A stretch of DNA of 64,000 nucleotides from a virus. The position numbers and the translations under genes were made by a program. The first letter of the stretch is position 1. Each line of letters begins with the position of its first letter. The stretch is taken from IMG/VR virus record IMGVR_UViG_3300031949_000014; one strand, 5' to 3'. Positions 43,467 to 53,056 of the stretch are shown one piece after another. A model generated the notes under the pieces. The model worked only from the letters and a program-made list of their open reading frames with translations, did not search any database and was not told the DNA's origin.

Positions 43467-45149
43467 TCAAGTCGGAAAGATTCGCGACGCGTCGACCATC
43501 GCCTTCGGAGCTTCCCAACCCACAGGCATGTTGACGGAAGCGTCGAACGAAATCCACTTCTTCGGATTCCTACGCGGGTGACCGACCTGCGCGTAGATGT
43601 GATTCCACTCCGGCGAACCCTTCGTCCTGATGACCTTGAACCGACAAGGTAAACCCAGAGTCGCGGCCGAAGCGCAGGTCAAAACAGAGTAATCATCGCA
43701 GTTGTGAACGATGACATCTTGCTCGGGCAAGTAGAACCTGTGGCTGTCGGTTTCGATGTCGTACACAGGCACGTAGTCGCCCTCGGAAATGCTGCGCACC
43801 TTAGCCCACGGACGAGAGAAATTATCCACCCGAACCGTGACCCGATAGATCGGGTTGAGCCCAAACCCACCGTGCTCAGTCACACGCTTTATGGACGTAC
43901 TTCTGCCGCAGATGCGTTGGAGGATCCTGTACTGGACCGCGAGCAACTTCGACGTCGTAGAGAACACGAAATTCTTACCGCTGGTCGAAAACCCACCGTC
44001 CGCGCTCAAGCCTTCGAGCAGCTTCTCCGCGGTCTGTTTTGACCATCGCGTGTGAGGTAACTGCTTGTGGACAGCCGTGGTGCCGCAACCGGAGAAGAGC
44101 TTTGCTACCGCACCTGGGCCCGCGTCTCCATCTGACAAGTAGATCTCGCGCTCGTGCTCCCGCACAGTGAACCCGAGACTCTTGGCGTGCTTTGCCGCCT
44201 TCTCGCGGATGCCTTTGCCGTTGCATACCCCCGCGATTCCGACGCACGCGAGCGCACCATCCACACGAAACCGACGACGACTTCCCTCGGCCAAATAGGC
44301 CCCTAGAAGAAAAGCCTCGTCGTCGGACAGCTCTTGTGTGTCGGAGAAAGCTGTCTCGCGAGGCTGCAACAAATCGTTGCCCGGCCGCACAGCACTGGCC
44401 AGCACCTCTTCAACCTGTGCGAACCCTCCTGCCCTCCCACTCTGTTGAGGAACGCGGAATAGCTTGTGGCCTTCAGTGCAACGCAACACCGAGCCGTTGT
44501 TCAGTTCCAAATCCAGAGTTGACTGGATTCCCTTGTCCCACCAGTTCGTGACCTTCGCCCAACCTGTGCCGTCGAAGATGACCTCGCCGACCTTGATGTC
44601 TTCGATGGCGACCAAGAGGCCGTCCGCGCGCAAGAGCTGCGTTCCCTCCGGCAAGCAATCCCCAGTGCGCAGCTTCAACGTGTGCCTGGGCGCCTGGTAG
44701 GAATCGATGCCGGCGATGTCGGACGTGTACCGGACGTTCCCGCGGATGGCTTGGAAGAGGGCTTTGATCTCGGCGAGGTTGTCCTTCTCCGGGACACACC
44801 AGTTGGAGCCGCATTTCTTGTTCACCGCGCGGCGCGCGAACTCGTAGACGACGGGGTCTCGCTTGCCTTGCTCGACGAGCTTGCGGAGGTACTCGATGCG
44901 CTCGTCCAAGTTCTTGATCTGGTGGGTCTTCAGCCGAATGTCCCCTGACGGCGTCTTCGCGTGTTGCCCTTCGAAACCTCTGACGTAAGTGCTGGACGAA
45001 GACCGCGCCGAACCTCGTCCCGAAGTACGGCTAGCACGTTGACTCCGTGTCGTGTTTGACGGGGAGCTTAGGTGCCGGGCCCCGACGGAAAGCTGCCGGA
45101 GGCCGAGCACCACGGACGCCAAACCCAGCACGACGTTACCGAGCGCCAC
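43467..45149 (-). CDS. Transglutaminase-like Cys protease interrupted by an intein
   Basis: Spliced RTGD-CDDY; NHIY; FDAS; N-terminal hydrophobic anchor. Confidence 0.85.
   Translation of the reverse strand: MALGNVVLGLASVVLGLRQLSVGARHLSSPSNTTRSQRASRTSGRGSARSSSSTYVRGFEGQHAKTPSGDIRLKTHQIKNLDERIEYLRKLVEQGKRDPVVYEFARRAVNKKCGSNWCVPEKDNLAEIKALFQAIRGNVRYTSDIAGIDSYQAPRHTLKLRTGDCLPEGTQLLRADGLLVAIEDIKVGEVIFDGTGWAKVTNWWDKGIQSTLDLELNNGSVLRCTEGHKLFRVPQQSGRAGGFAQVEEVLASAVRPGNDLLQPRETAFSDTQELSDDEAFLLGAYLAEGSRRRFRVDGALACVGIAGVCNGKGIREKAAKHAKSLGFTVREHEREIYLSDGDAGPGAVAKLFSGCGTTAVHKQLPHTRWSKQTAEKLLEGLSADGGFSTSGKNFVFSTTSKLLAVQYRILQRICGRSTSIKRVTEHGGFGLNPIYRVTVRVDNFSRPWAKVRSISEGDYVPVYDIETDSHRFYLPEQDVIVHNCDDYSVLTCASAATLGLPCRFKVIRTKGSPEWNHIYAQVGHPRRNPKKWISFDASVNMPVGWEAPKAMVDASRIFPT
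43701..44657 (-). mobile_element. 319-aa intein with LAGLIDADG homing endonuclease
   Basis: C1-LPEGTQL, CTEGHKLF (block B), LLGAYLAEGS, LLEGLSADGG, VYDIET, VIVHN then C+1. Confidence 0.93.
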
Positions 45150-45176
45150 GCTTTTCTAGTACCGGAAACGGTCGCA

Positions 45177-47318
45177 CTACGCAACGGTGCCGTCATCCGC
45201 GCCTTCCGCGTCGGACGCGGGCGGAGAGATCTCGTTCTCGTCTTCGGGTGTCTCTTGTTCTTCGGCATCCGCTCGCGCCTCGGCGAGCTGTTGCACGTGC
45301 GTGACGAGCTCTTCGAAGTGCGCGTCGACTGCGGCAAACGCCCGTTCCGCGACTTCGTTCTGCAAGAGGTTGCTCTTCACGAGACCGCCGACGAGCTGAC
45401 GCACGTAGCGCAGAGCCACTTCCTTGTTGCCTGTGCTGATCGCGTCGAGCGTCGTGTTCCCGACGCCGCTCCACGGCTCGTAGATGCTCGACAGGTAGAG
45501 CAAGAACTCAACCGTCGCCTCGACAAGCGCGCCGTCGTCTTGCGCGATGATGAAGCCGTTGATGTGCTCGACGATGTTTGGTGGAAGGCCCGGCGTCGCG
45601 GGCGGCTGCATCTTCGCAGCGGCCTCTGGTGTTGCCGTCGCGGGCGGAGGCGTGACGACGGCTGTCGGCGCGGCTGCAACGGTCGCAGGCGGTGTGCCAG
45701 CGGTGAGCCCGAGGCGTGCTTCTTCCTCGGCGAGCTTTCGCTCTTCGATGGCGAGCCTGCGACGCGCAACGTCTGCTGCTCGTGCCTGCACGTCAGCCGG
45801 AATCTGTTGGGGTTGTTGCTGTTGCGGCTGAGGTTGTGACTGCACAACCTTCGCCGTCGCCGTTTGTCCCGACTTCGCGCGGATGAGCCCGGCGACCGAA
45901 CCGACGAGCTCGCGGTTCGAGAGGGCGCCGCCCAAGATGTCGCCCCACATGCTGCCAGCAGAAGGCTCGGTCTGCTGTCGCATCGTGGAGACCGCCTGCA
46001 TGATGCCGGTGAAGTTGTCCATCGACTTCTTGAAATCGTCGGTGCCTTTTTCCCCGCGGAGCTGGTTCACCAGGCCGATGATGTCGGCGGTGGACATGCG
46101 GTCTCGGTTCATCTGCTCGAGCAGAATCGGCGTGAGATTGTCGGCGGGCTTCAAGGCCACGAGCACGGCTGCGATGCCTTGGAGCTGGGCCATCGGGTCC
46201 GGCGGCGTGACCATCGGCGGCATTGGAGCGCTCGAACCTTTGTCGTCGAGCAACTTCGCGAGCAACGTCATCATGACGGGGTCGGCTTCCTTGCGTCCAA
46301 GGATCGACATGAGTTGCATCATGCGTTCTTCGGACTTCTGCTGCTGCTGGGTCATCACCTGCAGCATCGTGGCGGTCTGCTGTCCCATCGCCTGGACCAT
46401 CGCGACGACGGTGTCGCCTTTGCCGGAGCCACCGGAGAGCTTCTCGCTGAAGTCGTGAATCTTGGTGAGCTGCTCGATCGGGTCCGTCGGGTCGTTCTTC
46501 TTCTCCATAATTTCGCGCAGCTCTCGGTCGCGGCGTTGGCCGTCGCGTTCGATCTGCCGCATGAGTAAGTCCCCGAGGCCGCCTTCGCCGCGGCCCCCAC
46601 CGCCGCTATGTCCTCCGTCGGTCGGTTCCACGGTGCCCAGAATGCGGACGACGCCTGCATCCAGACGCTTGCCGTCGGAAGTGATGCCGAAGATTTGATA
46701 GTCCCCCGCCCCGTACTGTGGCTTGGCGTAGCGGTTGAGGAACGAGGCCATGCCCTGCGACTGCGCGAGGTCAGCGGCGTTGTAGTCGCCGACGTAGCCG
46801 AGCTGGCCATTGTCGGAGCGCTTCCAGACTTCGAAGTGCTCGGCGCCGGGGATCTTGTTCCCAAGAATCGTCCCGAGCTTCTTCAACGCCTGTGTCGTGG
46901 CCGGGCGTAGCTCTCGAAGCTCCGGCACTTGCGGAAGCTCTTCTTCCTCCGACGCAGCTACCGCTGCTTTCTGTCCGCGCGGCTTGCGTGTTCTCGGTTG
47001 CGTCTGTGGCGGCGTTGCGGGTCGCGCGAGAGGCGAGGGCGCGGCTGGCGCGGGCGTTTCGTCCGAGAGATCTTCCGACGGCGCTTCTTCGCCCGTCGAC
47101 GACGGCTGCTCGTCTTCACCTTCACCTCGGACCTCCTCTTCGTCAGACGGATCTTCCGCCGGCGCCTCTTCGACCACTGCCGCACGAGCGACACGACGCG
47201 CGCTCCCGCGCTCTTCGAGCTCGCTGAGGTCGAGATTCGGCGGCGCGGCGGGCGCCTTCTTCGTGCGCGTGCGGGTGCGAGGGGCCTCGGTCGTCACGGT
47301 GTCGGCTTCAAGCGTCAT
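45177..47318 (-). CDS. Large low-complexity hypothetical protein (713 aa)
   Basis: AGGAG RBS inside the recombinase 3' end; acidic/Pro-rich N-terminus and Gln/Met-rich middle. Confidence 0.75.
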   Translation of the reverse strand: MTLEADTVTTEAPRTRTRTKKAPAAPPNLDLSELEERGSARRVARAAVVEEAPAEDPSDEEEVRGEGEDEQPSSTGEEAPSEDLSDETPAPAAPSPLARPATPPQTQPRTRKPRGQKAAVAASEEEELPQVPELRELRPATTQALKKLGTILGNKIPGAEHFEVWKRSDNGQLGYVGDYNAADLAQSQGMASFLNRYAKPQYGAGDYQIFGITSDGKRLDAGVVRILGTVEPTDGGHSGGGGRGEGGLGDLLMRQIERDGQRRDRELREIMEKKNDPTDPIEQLTKIHDFSEKLSGGSGKGDTVVAMVQAMGQQTATMLQVMTQQQQKSEERMMQLMSILGRKEADPVMMTLLAKLLDDKGSSAPMPPMVTPPDPMAQLQGIAAVLVALKPADNLTPILLEQMNRDRMSTADIIGLVNQLRGEKGTDDFKKSMDNFTGIMQAVSTMRQQTEPSAGSMWGDILGGALSNRELVGSVAGLIRAKSGQTATAKVVQSQPQPQQQQPQQIPADVQARAADVARRRLAIEERKLAEEEARLGLTAGTPPATVAAAPTAVVTPPPATATPEAAAKMQPPATPGLPPNIVEHINGFIIAQDDGALVEATVEFLLYLSSIYEPWSGVGNTTLDAISTGNKEVALRYVRQLVGGLVKSNLLQNEVAERAFAAVDAHFEELVTHVQQLAEARADAEEQETPEDENEISPPASDAEGADDGTVA

Positions 47319-48189
47319 CGGTCTCTCCTTGGGCTCTGCCCACTGCGGCAACGATTTCGTCTTCACCGATTGCCAGGTAGTGCCGCATCAGCGTGCTGAC
47401 GTCGGCGTGCCCGGCGAGCTTGGCGAGGACGATCGGGTCCACGCCCTTCTTGTAGAGGTTAGTGAGGTAAGTCCGCCTGAACGTGTGCGGAGTGAACTCC
47501 TGCCCATCGTCGCGCAGGCTCGAGACAGCAACGCGCAGCGTGTGCCCCGCTATGTGGCCCTTTTGGCGCCCAGGGAAGAGCCAGCGCTTGTCTGGGAGCT
47601 TCTTTCGCCAGCCGAGGTACTCGTGCAAGACTTCGATGCCCTCGAGCAGGGGGACCACGCGCTGGTGCCCGCCTTTACCTTCGACCTTCAGGCAGTACAC
47701 CTCGCGCCGTCCGTCTTTGAACTTCACCGGCACGCGCTTGAGACAGTGGTACGAGAGCGTCACGACCTCGCCGGAGCGCAGGCCCGTGTACGGCAAGAGC
47801 ATCGCCGCGGTGCGCGTTGGCTCGCCGAGGCGGTCTTCCGCGGCCTCCAGATACGCCTCGAGGTCCTCGTCGCTCAAGACCTCGCGCACGCGGCGCACGA
47901 CGCGCAGCTTCTCCGGCGCGTGTAGCTCCGGCACGTCGATGCCCTGGAGCTTGAGCCAGCGCACGTAGCGCCGCACGCCCGCGACTTTCACATTCACGGT
48001 CGAGGGCGAGCATCCGTCGGCCAGGAGCATCGAGCAGTAGTCCGACAGCACGTTGGGCGAGACCTTCGTGATGTCGCGCACGTCGGTCTCTTCGAGCCAG
48101 CGATAGAAGCGCCCTACCGCGTAGTAATACTGGTACGCGGTCTCCTCGCGACGCACGGACTTCATGTGCTCTAGAAACTTCGTGCTCAT
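47308..48189 (-). CDS. Tyrosine recombinase/integrase (XerC/D-like)
   Basis: YTGLRSGEV, KGKGGHQR, TPHTFRRT, LAGHADVSTLMRHY. Confidence 0.92.
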   Translation of the reverse strand: MSTKFLEHMKSVRREETAYQYYYAVGRFYRWLEETDVRDITKVSPNVLSDYCSMLLADGCSPSTVNVKVAGVRRYVRWLKLQGIDVPELHAPEKLRVVRRVREVLSDEDLEAYLEAAEDRLGEPTRTAAMLLPYTGLRSGEVVTLSYHCLKRVPVKFKDGRREVYCLKVEGKGGHQRVVPLLEGIEVLHEYLGWRKKLPDKRWLFPGRQKGHIAGHTLRVAVSSLRDDGQEFTPHTFRRTYLTNLYKKGVDPIVLAKLAGHADVSTLMRHYLAIGEDEIVAAVGRAQGETDDA

Positions 48190-48643
48190 TACTGCCGAAG
48201 TTGCACTCGTCGTTACGCTCTGCACGAAGAGGACTTTTGCCGAAAAAAACGCAGATGTCGATCTCGGAAGTTACGTTGTACTTACGTCTTAGGTTCACGC
48301 TCGGTTTCTCAACGTACTGGTTCTTCTGCGGACGTTGAGCGGCGAAAGTACGGACAGAAGTGCAACGGCGACGGCGAAAACGGACCGGCGTTGACGTTCT
48401 CGCGCGTTCGTGTTATCGCGATAGCGCTACGCGCACGACGCGGTTCACTGCACCGCAAGTGGTGGCAATGCGCGCCACGGTGCCGCCGACGGTGACGACG
48501 AAGCGCGCGCCGGGCTCGCGCGGAAGTGTTGGTGGTGTTCAGTGACGGTGCGCGCCGTCGTTTTCGCGCCGCGACTCTTGAAGGATCGCGCAGGTAAGCG
48601 TAGGGTTTGACTCAGCGACGCCCACCGTCGCGGAAGAGGCGAG

Positions 48644-49477
48644 ATGAGCCAGAAGATCCCCTTGTTCAACGGCGTGATCGGCTCGCTGGAAGCCGCGGTA
48701 GCCCCAGGCGCCACCCTCGCGGTCTTCACGCCGCCCGACGCAGACTCCGACGCACCTAACATCTACGAGGTGCACCTGTTCATGTCGCCTCGGCGCGTCA
48801 ATGGTGGAGCCGGCGATGAAGTCAAAATGTTCGTGCGCGCTTACGAGGACGTCTCCACACCGTTCACTGTGTGGAGAGCCCCAACGACAAACATTGCGAT
48901 CGACCGAAGCCCTGTCGTGAAAATGCTCGACGGCTACCCTGTACGCGGCGACGTCACGCTCGACTTCTTGGCCGAAGGTTCAGATCAACCCAGTGATGCA
49001 ATCTTCCTCTGGGGTTACTACCACCGTGTCGGCCAAGGACCGCTCAAAGAAGCAGAGCGCAGACCGATCGGCCAAAACCTCACATCCTTCAACGCTGGCG
49101 TACCCTTCGAGCTCGCTCCTGGTGCGAGTGCAATCGTTCACGTCTTCCAACAGAACCGGATCGACGAGATCTCTCTCGCGGTCGTGTTCAGCGACGACCC
49201 GGCCACCACCGACACTGTCTCTCTTCTATTCGAAGACGCGAGCAACGTGCCGGTGTCCGCCATCGCCACGTTCCGCCCCGCCCCTGCTGTCGAATACGAC
49301 GCTCTCGCCTCTGGGATCGTCCTCCCTCCGGCGGCTTCATTCTTCCCGCCGAGCCCCTACTTCATCCACCAGTGCCCGTTCGGCGGAGGGGCCATCCCAA
49401 CGCTCCACCATCTGCGCGTGACAAACAACGCCCCTGCCTTGTCAGCGTCCATACACGGCTACTTCACCCGGAGGTAG
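48644..49477 (+). CDS. Beta-rich, internally duplicated virion protein candidate
   Basis: Halves end in LWGYYHR and IHGYFTRR. Confidence 0.6.
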   Translation: MSQKIPLFNGVIGSLEAAVAPGATLAVFTPPDADSDAPNIYEVHLFMSPRRVNGGAGDEVKMFVRAYEDVSTPFTVWRAPTTNIAIDRSPVVKMLDGYPVRGDVTLDFLAEGSDQPSDAIFLWGYYHRVGQGPLKEAERRPIGQNLTSFNAGVPFELAPGASAIVHVFQQNRIDEISLAVVFSDDPATTDTVSLLFEDASNVPVSAIATFRPAPAVEYDALASGIVLPPAASFFPPSPYFIHQCPFGGGAIPTLHHLRVTNNAPALSASIHGYFTRR

Positions 49478-49480
49478 TTC

Positions 49481-49849
49481 ATGGACTTCTTCCTGCCCGA
49501 CAGCTTGCAGTACGCACCAGGCGACGTCTGGGGTGAGCTCGACATCGTCATCTCCCCGAAGGACGGCGCGATGGTCGTCGTTCCCAAGAACGAGCAAGGC
49601 ATGCACTACTGCCAACGCTGCTCCGAGGTCTTCATCCCCGGCCATCCGAAGAAGAGCGGCGTCGAGGTCGCGTTCGGCGGCACGCGCATCATGCTCCACC
49701 CGAACTGCGTCGAAGGCATGCCGCTCGAGAAGCGCATCTGGAAAGCCATCTCGCTGCACCAGATGCGCCGGCGCTTCACGCGCGCGGTCAAGGGCTCCGT
49801 CGCCGTGAAGGAAGCAGCGGACGAGAGCAAAGGGAAGATCGTCGCCTAA
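49481..49849 (+). CDS. Hypothetical protein with CxxC...HxxC Zn site
   Basis: YCQRC...LHPNC. Confidence 0.65.
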   Translation: MDFFLPDSLQYAPGDVWGELDIVISPKDGAMVVVPKNEQGMHYCQRCSEVFIPGHPKKSGVEVAFGGTRIMLHPNCVEGMPLEKRIWKAISLHQMRRRFTRAVKGSVAVKEAADESKGKIVA

Positions 49850-50632
49850 ATGATCGGCGAAATCCCAGACCTCTACACCGCCGAAGCCGACGCCGCGCAA
49901 GCGATGCCGTCGATCGACGACTACGGCAAGGACAACAGCGGTCCCTACCAAATCGTCCAGCCGGCCTACCCCGCGCCCGTCTGGCTCAACCAGTTCGTCT
50001 CGCTCAACCAAGCGCTGCGCGAGTGCTCCACGCTGTGCACGCTGCAAGGCAAACCGTTCCGCGTCATGTCCTGGAACCGCGAAGGTGCGGGCCGCGCCGG
50101 CGGTGTTCCGTGCGGCCCCTGCGGCACCCGCGCTCGCATCCCCCGTTGGCCCCGCCGCGTGCCGCTGCTGCCCGGCGTGTCGGGCATGTCGGGCGCGAAG
50201 GGTCCTGGCTGCCTCAACGGCTTCGAAGACGCGCTGCCCGTCGCCGAGGCCCGCCCAGGCGGTCAATGGATCGTCTACGACTGCCGCGGCAACGAAACCG
50301 TCGTCGGCTCTCCGAACTACGTCGTGAGCCACACGCCGTTCCCACGGCTCTACGAGAAGGAGGTCTACCCACAGCGGTACCTCCAAGCCGTCAAGACCGC
50401 GCAGTTCCTCGCGAGCACGAACGGCCGTCGCACCTTCGTCTGCTCTGACTTCGGCGCCAAGTGCAACGGCGGCCGCGGCACCCCCGTCGTCTACGTCGAC
50501 CCCGGCGGCTACCGCCAGCGCTACGACGAGATCCCGATGGGCACCGTGAGCGTGAAAGCGGTCTCACCGGGCTACTTCAAGGAACTCGTGATGCAGAGCG
50601 CGGGCGGGACGTACCTCGGACAGGGGGCGTGA
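49850..50632 (+). CDS. Hypothetical protein with internal duplication
   Basis: SLNQAL...LPVAEARPGG versus RYLQAV...TPVVYVDPGG. Confidence 0.65.
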   Translation: MIGEIPDLYTAEADAAQAMPSIDDYGKDNSGPYQIVQPAYPAPVWLNQFVSLNQALRECSTLCTLQGKPFRVMSWNREGAGRAGGVPCGPCGTRARIPRWPRRVPLLPGVSGMSGAKGPGCLNGFEDALPVAEARPGGQWIVYDCRGNETVVGSPNYVVSHTPFPRLYEKEVYPQRYLQAVKTAQFLASTNGRRTFVCSDFGAKCNGGRGTPVVYVDPGGYRQRYDEIPMGTVSVKAVSPGYFKELVMQSAGGTYLGQGA

Positions 50633-50633
50633 C

Positions 50634-51011
50634 ATGACCTCTCCCGACCCCGAAGCTCCTCCGCCGCTCCCGCCGGCCGTGAAGGTCGTGTGCCGTCTTG
50701 GGCGCGCGTCGAGCCCGAACGGGGTCGCGATCGACGCCTCCAAGGCGATTCACAACTCCTCGCGCTGGGTGTTCGACGTCGAGCACGACACGCACCGCGA
50801 GCCTGCGTTCGACCTCGACCTATTGAGCTTCAGGATGGGGAAGAAAATCTCCGGCGTCGAACTCTCCCCCACGTGCGCGCCGATGAACCGCGAGGCCGCG
50901 AAGGCGAACATCAGGTTCCCAGACCTGAACCGCCTGCGCATCGAGGCCGACGACGTCGGCATCGCGCGGTACCGCATCACCGTGGACTCTTCAGCGGGGC
51001 TGGGCGTATGA
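50634..51011 (+). CDS. Hypothetical protein
   Basis: Coupled ORF. Confidence 0.55.
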   Translation: MTSPDPEAPPPLPPAVKVVCRLGRASSPNGVAIDASKAIHNSSRWVFDVEHDTHREPAFDLDLLSFRMGKKISGVELSPTCAPMNREAAKANIRFPDLNRLRIEADDVGIARYRITVDSSAGLGV

Positions 51012-51439
51012 AAACAGGAACGCGCGTCCAAACGGCGCACGGACCAGGGACCGTCACGGACGTCTCCCACGGCGAAGTCAGCGTCCAACTCGACAAAGAA
51101 ATCCCCGGATGGGGGAGACACAGAGGGGCACGTATTCCGATCGACGACGTGCGGGCCATCGAATTCGACACCCCAAAACTTGAAGAACACATCCGCGTCC
51201 TGCGCGAACTCGAAGCCGACAACCAACACTCTGACTGGCTAGTCTACTACGCCACACACCTGACACGAGACCGAAGGCTCGCGAGAGCCGCTGAAGGAGT
51301 GCTGGAGCTACACCTCTACTTCGGCGAGCTGACTCGACCCCTTCGAGAAATTAGAGACAAGCTCTACGACAGCGCAAAGTACCTCTTCGAACAGCGCGAC
51401 CCCGAGGGTTTCAAATACGCTCGAGCGCGAGGTGTCTGA
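51008..51439 (+). CDS. Hypothetical protein, SH3-like plus helical domain
   Basis: ATGA overlap. Confidence 0.6.
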   Translation: MKTGTRVQTAHGPGTVTDVSHGEVSVQLDKEIPGWGRHRGARIPIDDVRAIEFDTPKLEEHIRVLRELEADNQHSDWLVYYATHLTRDRRLARAAEGVLELHLYFGELTRPLREIRDKLYDSAKYLFEQRDPEGFKYARARGV

Positions 51440-51702
51440 TGCCCGCCGCCTGGAGCCGACGAGACGAGCGCCAGTACGGCCACATCCTCGCGAGCTGCAA
51501 GAGGAGCCGGAAGACGTGCAAGCGCATCGCCGCGGCGACGGTTAATAAGCGCCGGCGTTTTGAAGGCCGCACGCTCTCCGGCATCCCGGCGCTCTCGCAG
51601 GCCCAGAGCAAGCGCCGCATCGCCGCACTCCGTAAGCGCGGCTGCAAAATCACAACGCAAGAGACACCCTACGGTACGGTGGTCTACAAGAAGTGCCCGT
51701 GA
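51439..51702 (+). CDS. Basic protein
   Basis: ERQYGHILAS...RIAAATVNKRR motif. Confidence 0.6.
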   Translation: MPAAWSRRDERQYGHILASCKRSRKTCKRIAAATVNKRRRFEGRTLSGIPALSQAQSKRRIAALRKRGCKITTQETPYGTVVYKKCP

Positions 51703-52256
51703 AGCGCTGGGTCCCCTGGGCCGCGGCCGCCGGCTTCCTCGCGTTCCTGTTCAAGCCCAGCCGCGTTCTCGCCCGCGGCCCCGGAGCAGGACTCGTAGCA
51801 GAGGGGCGGGTCTCCTCCCCCTACGGCCCGCGACAGCTCTCTGGTGAGGACGTGAAGATGCACCAAGGCATCGACATCAAAGCCGAACCAGGGACGGAAA
51901 TTCGCGCCGTACAGGCTGGCGTCGTCGCTGACGTGTCGCCGAACGGGCAACGTTCCGGCTACGGCAACACAGTCCTCGTCGAGCATCCGAGCGGGCAGTT
52001 GACGTTGTACGCGCACATGCAGAAGTTTGGGCCGGGCGTCCGCATCGGACTGCCAGTCGACGCAGGGACGGTGCTCGGCTACGTCGGCACGACGCACGCG
52101 CCGAGCACGGCCTACATGGCGCCGCACCTGCACTTCGAGGTGCTCAAGGGGAAGGTGATTGCTACGGCGACGGGGAAGATCATCGTCAACCCCAACACGC
52201 CTGTTCGCCTCGAACCGCAAACTTGGTTGAGGCAGCGTGGCGTATCGGTGGCGTGA
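51699..52256 (+). CDS. Membrane-anchored M23 peptidase (lysis/entry enzyme)
   Basis: HQGID, YGNTVLVEH, LYAHM, PHLHFEV. Confidence 0.92.
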   Translation: MKRWVPWAAAAGFLAFLFKPSRVLARGPGAGLVAEGRVSSPYGPRQLSGEDVKMHQGIDIKAEPGTEIRAVQAGVVADVSPNGQRSGYGNTVLVEHPSGQLTLYAHMQKFGPGVRIGLPVDAGTVLGYVGTTHAPSTAYMAPHLHFEVLKGKVIATATGKIIVNPNTPVRLEPQTWLRQRGVSVA

Positions 52257-52323
52257 GGGTTGAGAGAGACGGACGGTTCTCGGACCAAGACATGAGACAC
52301 GTGCATGGTGGTCTAGGGGCGCG

Positions 52324-52352
52324 TTGTCATGCATCGCGACGCGAGCTAGAAT
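52324..52352 (+). promoter_or_regulatory. Sigma70-like promoter of a leaderless transcript
   Basis: TTGTCA-N17-TAGAAT, 6 nt before ATG 52359. Confidence 0.7.
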
Positions 52353-52358
52353 CTGAAC

Positions 52359-52646
52359 ATGCCCGCGAGGACGAAGAACATCATCTGGCCGAACTGGGTT
52401 GAGGCTCTCGAAGACCCTTGCCTCTTGGCGTCAGTGAAAGAAGCTCTCGTCGCGCGCGAGTTCGCCCTGGACAACGGAGCTAAACAGCACAAGGCGTGCC
52501 GCGCCGTCCTTCGAGCAGCCGACACGACCCTGGAACAGGTCGAATTCGGTCTCGTGAAAGGTAAGGATGCATGCCGCAAAGCGGCCTCGGCGATCCGAAA
52601 GTTCAACACCGCGGGCGAGTGTTCGCGTCCCACAGCGCGACGCTAA
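52359..52646 (+). CDS. Hypothetical protein
   Basis: Follows the promoter directly. Confidence 0.6.
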   Translation: MPARTKNIIWPNWVEALEDPCLLASVKEALVAREFALDNGAKQHKACRAVLRAADTTLEQVEFGLVKGKDACRKAASAIRKFNTAGECSRPTARR

Positions 52647-53056
52647 CGTTTGGCGCGCATCCTTCGCATGCGCTCCTTCGCCGTCATGGGCTCGGAACCA
52701 ACCAGCGGGCGCCCAATGCGCGCGGGCGCCGCGAATAGTCCTCTACTGCAGACACACTCGCGCGCCGCGTAGTCGTGGAAGCCGTGCGCTAGAATTTCGA
52801 GGGCCCGCAGCGCCTTCGTCCTCTTCGACCCCCTCACCTTCCCGACGCCCACGCACGACGCTACCGGCGTTCGAAGATGCTCCGTGCCAGCGTGCAAGAT
52901 GACCTTGTGCCACGACGCCATCGTGACCTTCAGAGGAATCCCCGCGCGGGAGCACAGCTCCGGGACCGTCGTGTAGGACACCGACTTCAAGTCTCGCGCA
53001 ACGCGGACGTTGCGCGGAGACGAGATACAAGGATCGAGAACGATGGGACGCATCAC
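52643..53056 (-). CDS. Hypothetical protein with basic DNA-binding tail
   Basis: GRPLVGSEPMTAKERMRRMR. Confidence 0.6.
   Translation of the reverse strand: MMRPIVLDPCISSPRNVRVARDLKSVSYTTVPELCSRAGIPLKVTMASWHKVILHAGTEHLRTPVASCVGVGKVRGSKRTKALRALEILAHGFHDYAARECVCSRGLFAAPARIGRPLVGSEPMTAKERMRRMRAKR

Noticed and set aside
48226-48643. dif/attP site next to the recombinase
   Set aside because: No convincing 11-6-11 XerCD box or arm/core repeats could be identified by eye.
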